This document shows positions 38,278 to 41,766 of a stretch of DNA of 41,766 bases, piece by piece. Every line of letters begins with the position of its first letter. Position 1 is the stretch's first letter. This DNA comes from Novosphingobium sp. Chol11. GTDB lineage: Bacteria > Pseudomonadota > Alphaproteobacteria > Sphingomonadales > Sphingomonadaceae. The DNA lies in assembly GCA_945906005.1 (NCBI GenBank), contig CAMDQY010000001.1:1-41766 (forward strand), written 5' to 3'. The notes under the pieces are model-generated. The model was not told the DNA's origin. It did no database searches and worked only from the letters and a program-made list of their open reading frames with translations. The position numbers and the translations under genes are program-made.

Positions 38278-38748
38278 TCACACCGCAGGCGGTGCCGGGC
38301 TCGTTTCGGTCCACTGCGCCACGGCCTCGCGGCGGTAGATCAGCCATCCCTTGTCGGACTTGCGGCACCAGTCGCGGTACTGAACACCCATCGTCAGGTT
38401 GGTCATGTCCGAACCTGGCTTGGCCTTGTGAACGGCGATGGCATAGGAGATCACACGCGCCTCATCGCCGTTCAGCTCAAGATGCTGGTTGGTGATGTTG
38501 TGCTGGGTGGCGGCATAGGCCTGCGCTCCGCCCCACACCTTGGGCAGGTATTCGTCGATAGCTGCCTCGCCCATTGCGCCCTTCGATATGGCATCATCGG
38601 CAAAGACACTGCGGGAAAGATCATAGTCGTGCATATCGACGCCGAGCGCATAGACCTTGACCAGTTGCAGCACCGCCATGCGGTCGCCCAGTTCGGCGGG
38701 ATTGAAAGCCGCAATCGGGCCTGCCCAGTTCTTGATCTCATAGGTCAT
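38278..38748 (-). CDS. SnoaL-like/NTF2 family protein
   Basis: DRMAVLQLVKVYALGVD, ATQHNITN and GVQYRD...GWLI motifs; GGGAGA RBS. Confidence 0.87.
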   Translation of the reverse strand: MTYEIKNWAGPIAAFNPAELGDRMAVLQLVKVYALGVDMHDYDLSRSVFADDAISKGAMGEAAIDEYLPKVWGGAQAYAATQHNITNQHLELNGDEARVISYAIAVHKAKPGSDMTNLTMGVQYRDWCRKSDKGWLIYRREAVAQWTETSPAPPAV

Positions 38749-38790
38749 GCGTTTTCTCTCCCTGAATGAATTGCGTTCTCGCGGACTATC

Positions 38791-40028
38791 TTAATATGCC
38801 GTCGCCCGCGTCGCGGCATGGCCCAGTTCGTCCACCGCAAAAAGGGCATCGTTATAATGGCAACCGGGCGGCACCCAGGCGAAAGTCTTGGGCTGTGCGA
38901 ACTTGTAATAGAGCACCCTGCGACCCGCAGTCGGCGATGTTGGCGGAGGTGTCGAGTGCATGGTGTCGCCAAAATGCAGGGTAAGGTCTCCCGGCTCAGT
39001 TTCGAGCGCAACAATTGGCAGGTCGCCTTCCTCACCCCACGCATAGGGACGTTTGTGGTAGCGGTGCGAGCCGGCCAGGAACAACACCTGGCCGTTAGCG
39101 GCATTGGCAACATCGAGCTGGATACCCACCTGAATCAGCGGGTTCATGACCGGCGAGCCGCCAATCCCGTCGTCGATGTGCCACCACAGATCGCCTTTGC
39201 CCTCGATGACGTCGGGGTGCTTGATGAACACCATCGGTCCATCGAGCCGATCGTCGCACACGCGCAGGAACGGGGCAGCAAGCCCGGCATAGGCCGCAAG
39301 CCGCGCATCGTGGGAAAATGCGCCGTTTGCTTCGGAAAACGCTCGCAGTGGTTGATGCGGGTGACGAGCTCCTCGCCCTTGCTGTTCAACGACCACCACG
39401 AGCGTGGATCGCCTGGAACGGACTGGTCGCAGCAGTTCTGTACTTCGCTGCGCAACATCGCGATCTCGTCGGCCGAAAATACCGACTTGATGTGCAGATA
39501 GCCCATCGTTTGCATGAAATGGCGCATGTCTTCGACCGGATCGCCGGGCGAAAACCTGCGGTCAGGCTTTAGCGGCGCGCCGTCGCGGTCGATCAGGGTA
39601 GCGCGGACGCCGGGGCCGCAGATCGGCTTGCCGTCGACAAGGCTGCGAATGACCGGCTCCCATTCGCGCCAGTGCTCGAGCGTGCCTTCGATCACGCAGG
39701 CCCTTCGGGTCTGGACCGCGCCGGTCGCCGAAATCAGCTGGTTGAGGTGATCGGAGAAGGTATCCTCAGATAATTCGATCACGGTCTGCGCCCCGACGGT
39801 GCCTTTGGTAACGCGCACGCCCTCATCGCTCGCATGCCAGGAGAAGCTTTCGCCGGAAGGCCGGGCAAAGGCGATCGGTTGGAGCGTGGAGGCATATTCT
39901 CGCACCAGAGGGCCGTTTGCCCGCACAAGATCGGGCAACGCGACGGTGTGAAAGAGCGCGAAATTGTGACGAACGAAGGCTTCGGAGATCCTGGCAACCC
40001 ACGGAAGCTGCACTCTGTCATGAAACAT
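38791..40028 (-). pseudogene. Phytanoyl-CoA dioxygenase (PhyH)-like Fe/2OG dioxygenase with N-terminal SCP2-like region; frameshifted
   Basis: 5' frame carries GYLHIKSVFSADEI up to RINHCERF; 3' frame carries WWHIDDG, FLAGSH, EPGDLTLH and TMHSTP (HxD...H triad). Adding one base to the A4 run at 39336-39339 joins them. Confidence 0.82.
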
Positions 40029-40052
40029 GGCGTTCTCCTCTCGAGCGATGCA

Positions 40053-40847
40053 CTAGTTCCAGCTCTTTGCGTATTCGCCAGTGTGCAATATCTGTCCTGT
40101 CATGGTCGCCGCCGTATGGAGCGCAAGGGCGATCACCGGTCCGCCGAGCGCCTCGGGCGTGCAGGGCCGCACAAGGCCCTGTTCCTTGAAGTTGGCGACA
40201 GTCGCCGGATCGACCGCGTTCCATGTGTCGGTATCGACCGCGCCGGGGCTGAGCGCGTTCACTGCAACACCGTATTCGCGCAGTTCCTCGGCAAAGAAGT
40301 CCGTCATCCGGTTAAGCGCTGCCTTGGAAACGCAATAGAGCATCATGTCGTCATGGCCGCCATGGCCGTGCTCGGTGTGCCCGGCGACAGCCGAGGTGAT
40401 GTTGACCACGCTGCCCGATCGCTGGCGCTTCATGTGGCGGGCAACTTCCCGCATGGCGAAATAGGGACCGCGCAAGTTGAGGTCGAGATGCTGGTCCCAG
40501 GTCGGTTGGTCGATCTCGAAGGTATCGTGATGGGTGTAGATCGCTGCGTTGTTGATGAGCATGTCGACGCGCCCGAAATTTGCGACCGTTTCATCGATCA
40601 TGCGCACCACGTCAGCCTCGACCAGCATGTCGCAGGCCTTGGCAAAGATCCGGCCCGGCAAGTGATTGCCTGAGGCGACCGTCTCGGCAAGCGTTCCTGG
40701 CTGCGGCGTGCCATCCGCGCCAGCGCGGCCAAGAGTGCGGGCTGACACGACGACAGTCGCTCCCTCGCCAGCCAGCGCATGGGCATAGGCACGCCCAATC
40801 CCGTAGCTTGCGCCAGTGACGATCACGACCTTGCCTTCAAGCTTCAT
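40053..40847 (-). CDS. SDR family oxidoreductase
   Basis: TGASYGIG, INNAA, NITS, YCVSK and LSPG motifs. Start trimmed to MKLEGK. Confidence 0.9.
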   Translation of the reverse strand: MKLEGKVVIVTGASYGIGRAYAHALAGEGATVVVSARTLGRAGADGTPQPGTLAETVASGNHLPGRIFAKACDMLVEADVVRMIDETVANFGRVDMLINNAAIYTHHDTFEIDQPTWDQHLDLNLRGPYFAMREVARHMKRQRSGSVVNITSAVAGHTEHGHGGHDDMMLYCVSKAALNRMTDFFAEELREYGVAVNALSPGAVDTDTWNAVDPATVANFKEQGLVRPCTPEALGGPVIALALHTAATMTGQILHTGEYAKSWN

Positions 40848-41024
40848 GCGCATCTCCCCTGCCTCCAGCGTTGTTCGACGCGGGTTTGGCTCACCATGGC
40901 CGTGCGGAGCAAGCCTCGTCAATCGGGAAGGCAGATGAAGGGGGCTAGCCTACCGAAATGGTGCACCGGTTCGACCAAAGCTCGAACCTGATTGTCAAAT
41001 TGAGGGCACAATTTCCAAAGGAAA

Positions 41025-41100
41025 TGGTGCCCGGGGGCGGGATCGAACCACCGACACTACGATTTTCAGTCGTATGCTCTACCAACTGAGCTACCCGGGC
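41025..41100 (-). tRNA. tRNA-Phe (GAA)
   Basis: Reverse complement GCCCGGGTAGCTCAGTTGGTAGAGCATACGACTGAAAATCGTAGTGTCGGTGGTTCGATCCCGCCCCCGGGCACCA: 76 nt, full cloverleaf, encoded CCA. Confidence 0.98.
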
Positions 41101-41150
41101 ATCGCCGCAGCGGCGGTCGTTTCTAGGACCGGCGAGCGATTGAAGCCGCG

Positions 41151-41179
41151 CCTATGGCCTCGCGGCGCGGGCTTTGCAA
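41151..41179 (-). promoter_or_regulatory. Putative tRNA-Phe promoter
   Basis: Minus strand TTGCAA, 17-bp spacer, CATAGG, then GC-rich CGCGGC discriminator about 50 bp upstream of the tRNA. Confidence 0.45.
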
Positions 41180-41184
41180 GCCCT

Positions 41185-41352
41185 TCAATCCTCATCGGAA
41201 TCATCCGGCGGTACGGGCGGACCGGGCACGGCATATCCGTCGTCCAGCCATTTCACCAGATCGCGGTCCCGGCAACGCGTCGAACAGAACGGCGCATGTT
41301 CGGCCGCGCGCGGCTTGCCACAAACGGGGCATTTGCGTTGCTTTGCAATCAT
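41185..41352 (-). CDS. yacG: DNA gyrase inhibitor YacG
   Basis: CPVCGK...[24 protein letters not shown] zinc finger. Start trimmed to MIAKQ. Confidence 0.92.
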   Translation of the reverse strand: MIAKQRKCPVCGKPRAAEHAPFCSTRCRDRDLVKWLDDGYAVPGPPVPPDDSDED

Positions 41353-41765
41353 AGCGGCAGGGCTTGCGCGAAGCCTGCCTCGATCGCAAGTCCCGGATCT
41401 CTGGCTGTTCGGATTTCGCGCCCGGTGCGGCGCGCCAGCTGATCGAGCCATTCGGGTCGAAGCCGGGCCTTGAGCGCAGGGTGACAAGTAAGGAGCAACG
41501 CGCCGGGTTGCTCGACGTGCTCCGCCCGGCGCAGCAGCAGGCGTGTCGCCGCGCCCACGCGATGCTGGCCGATCCGGTACAGCAGGCTAGGGCGTTCTAG
41601 CCGCGCTACGATCTGCACGAAGCCGAAGCCGTTCATCGCCGTGCGTTCATGCGGCCAGTCGGCCAGCGCGCTTTCAAGCGCCTCGTCGACCGCGCGACGG
41701 TCGCCCTTAGCTTCCAGCGTCGGAAAATCGATGCCCAGCGAGCCGCCAAGGTCGAAGCGGCGAAA
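41349..41765 (-). CDS. Ribonuclease E/G-like protein, C-terminal part (runs off window end)
   Basis: Frame reads [11 protein letters not shown]...[18 protein letters not shown]; directly upstream of yacG with ATGA overlap. Confidence 0.72.
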   Translation of the reverse strand, partial: FRRFDLGGSLGIDFPTLEAKGDRRAVDEALESALADWPHERTAMNGFGFVQIVARLERPSLLYRIGQHRVGAATRLLLRRAEHVEQPGALLLTCHPALKARLRPEWLDQLARRTGREIRTARDPGLAIEAGFAQALPL

Positions 41766-41766
41766 T

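Noticed and set aside
39336-39339. Programmed ribosomal frameshift in the PhyH-like gene
   Set aside because: There is no heptameric slippery site or evident stimulator, and neighbouring genes are also broken, so mutation or sequencing error is simpler.
40930-41100. Prophage or ICE attachment at tRNA-Phe
   Set aside because: No integrase next to the tRNA and no att duplicate found by eye within the window.

Overview
GC-rich alphaproteobacterial DNA that looks sphingomonad (Novosphingobium/Erythrobacteraceae-like; taxonomy inferred from gene content and order). Housekeeping genes lie at both ends: class I fructose-bisphosphate aldolase and thiE on the left; tRNA-Phe, yacG and an RNase E/G-like gene on the right. 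About 39 kb of accessory metabolism lies between them, in five blocks. (1) A divergent coenzyme F420 locus: cofE-cofD-fbiC one way, npdG(fno)-cofC-SDR-F420-type LLM oxidoreductase the other. (2) An AraC-centred divergent unit joining a sulfotransferase and a VOC protein to an SDR, a Zn-ADH, an atypical alkyl-sulfatase-like MBL hydrolase, cysD-cysNC-cysQ, a SnoaL/NTF2 protein, an SDR, an ALDH and TetR. This amounts to a possible self-contained sulfation/desulfation pathway and is the best candidate for an undescribed system. (3) An IclR-linked CoA module: two family III CoA-transferases (one with permuted domain order), a 96-aa Cys protein, an acyl-CoA ligase, an amidohydrolase and a crotonase. 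(4) A small secreted protein, a 123-bp double-hairpin element flanked by 9-bp direct repeats, and a MarR/MFS pair. (5) A decaying stretch near the tRNA-Phe 3' end with three broken genes: a TonB receptor, a membrane-anchored GSDH-cytochrome c fusion and an SCP2-like/PhyH dioxygenase. No integrase, transposase or CRISPR array was seen. All family calls come from motif recognition by eye, not from database searches.
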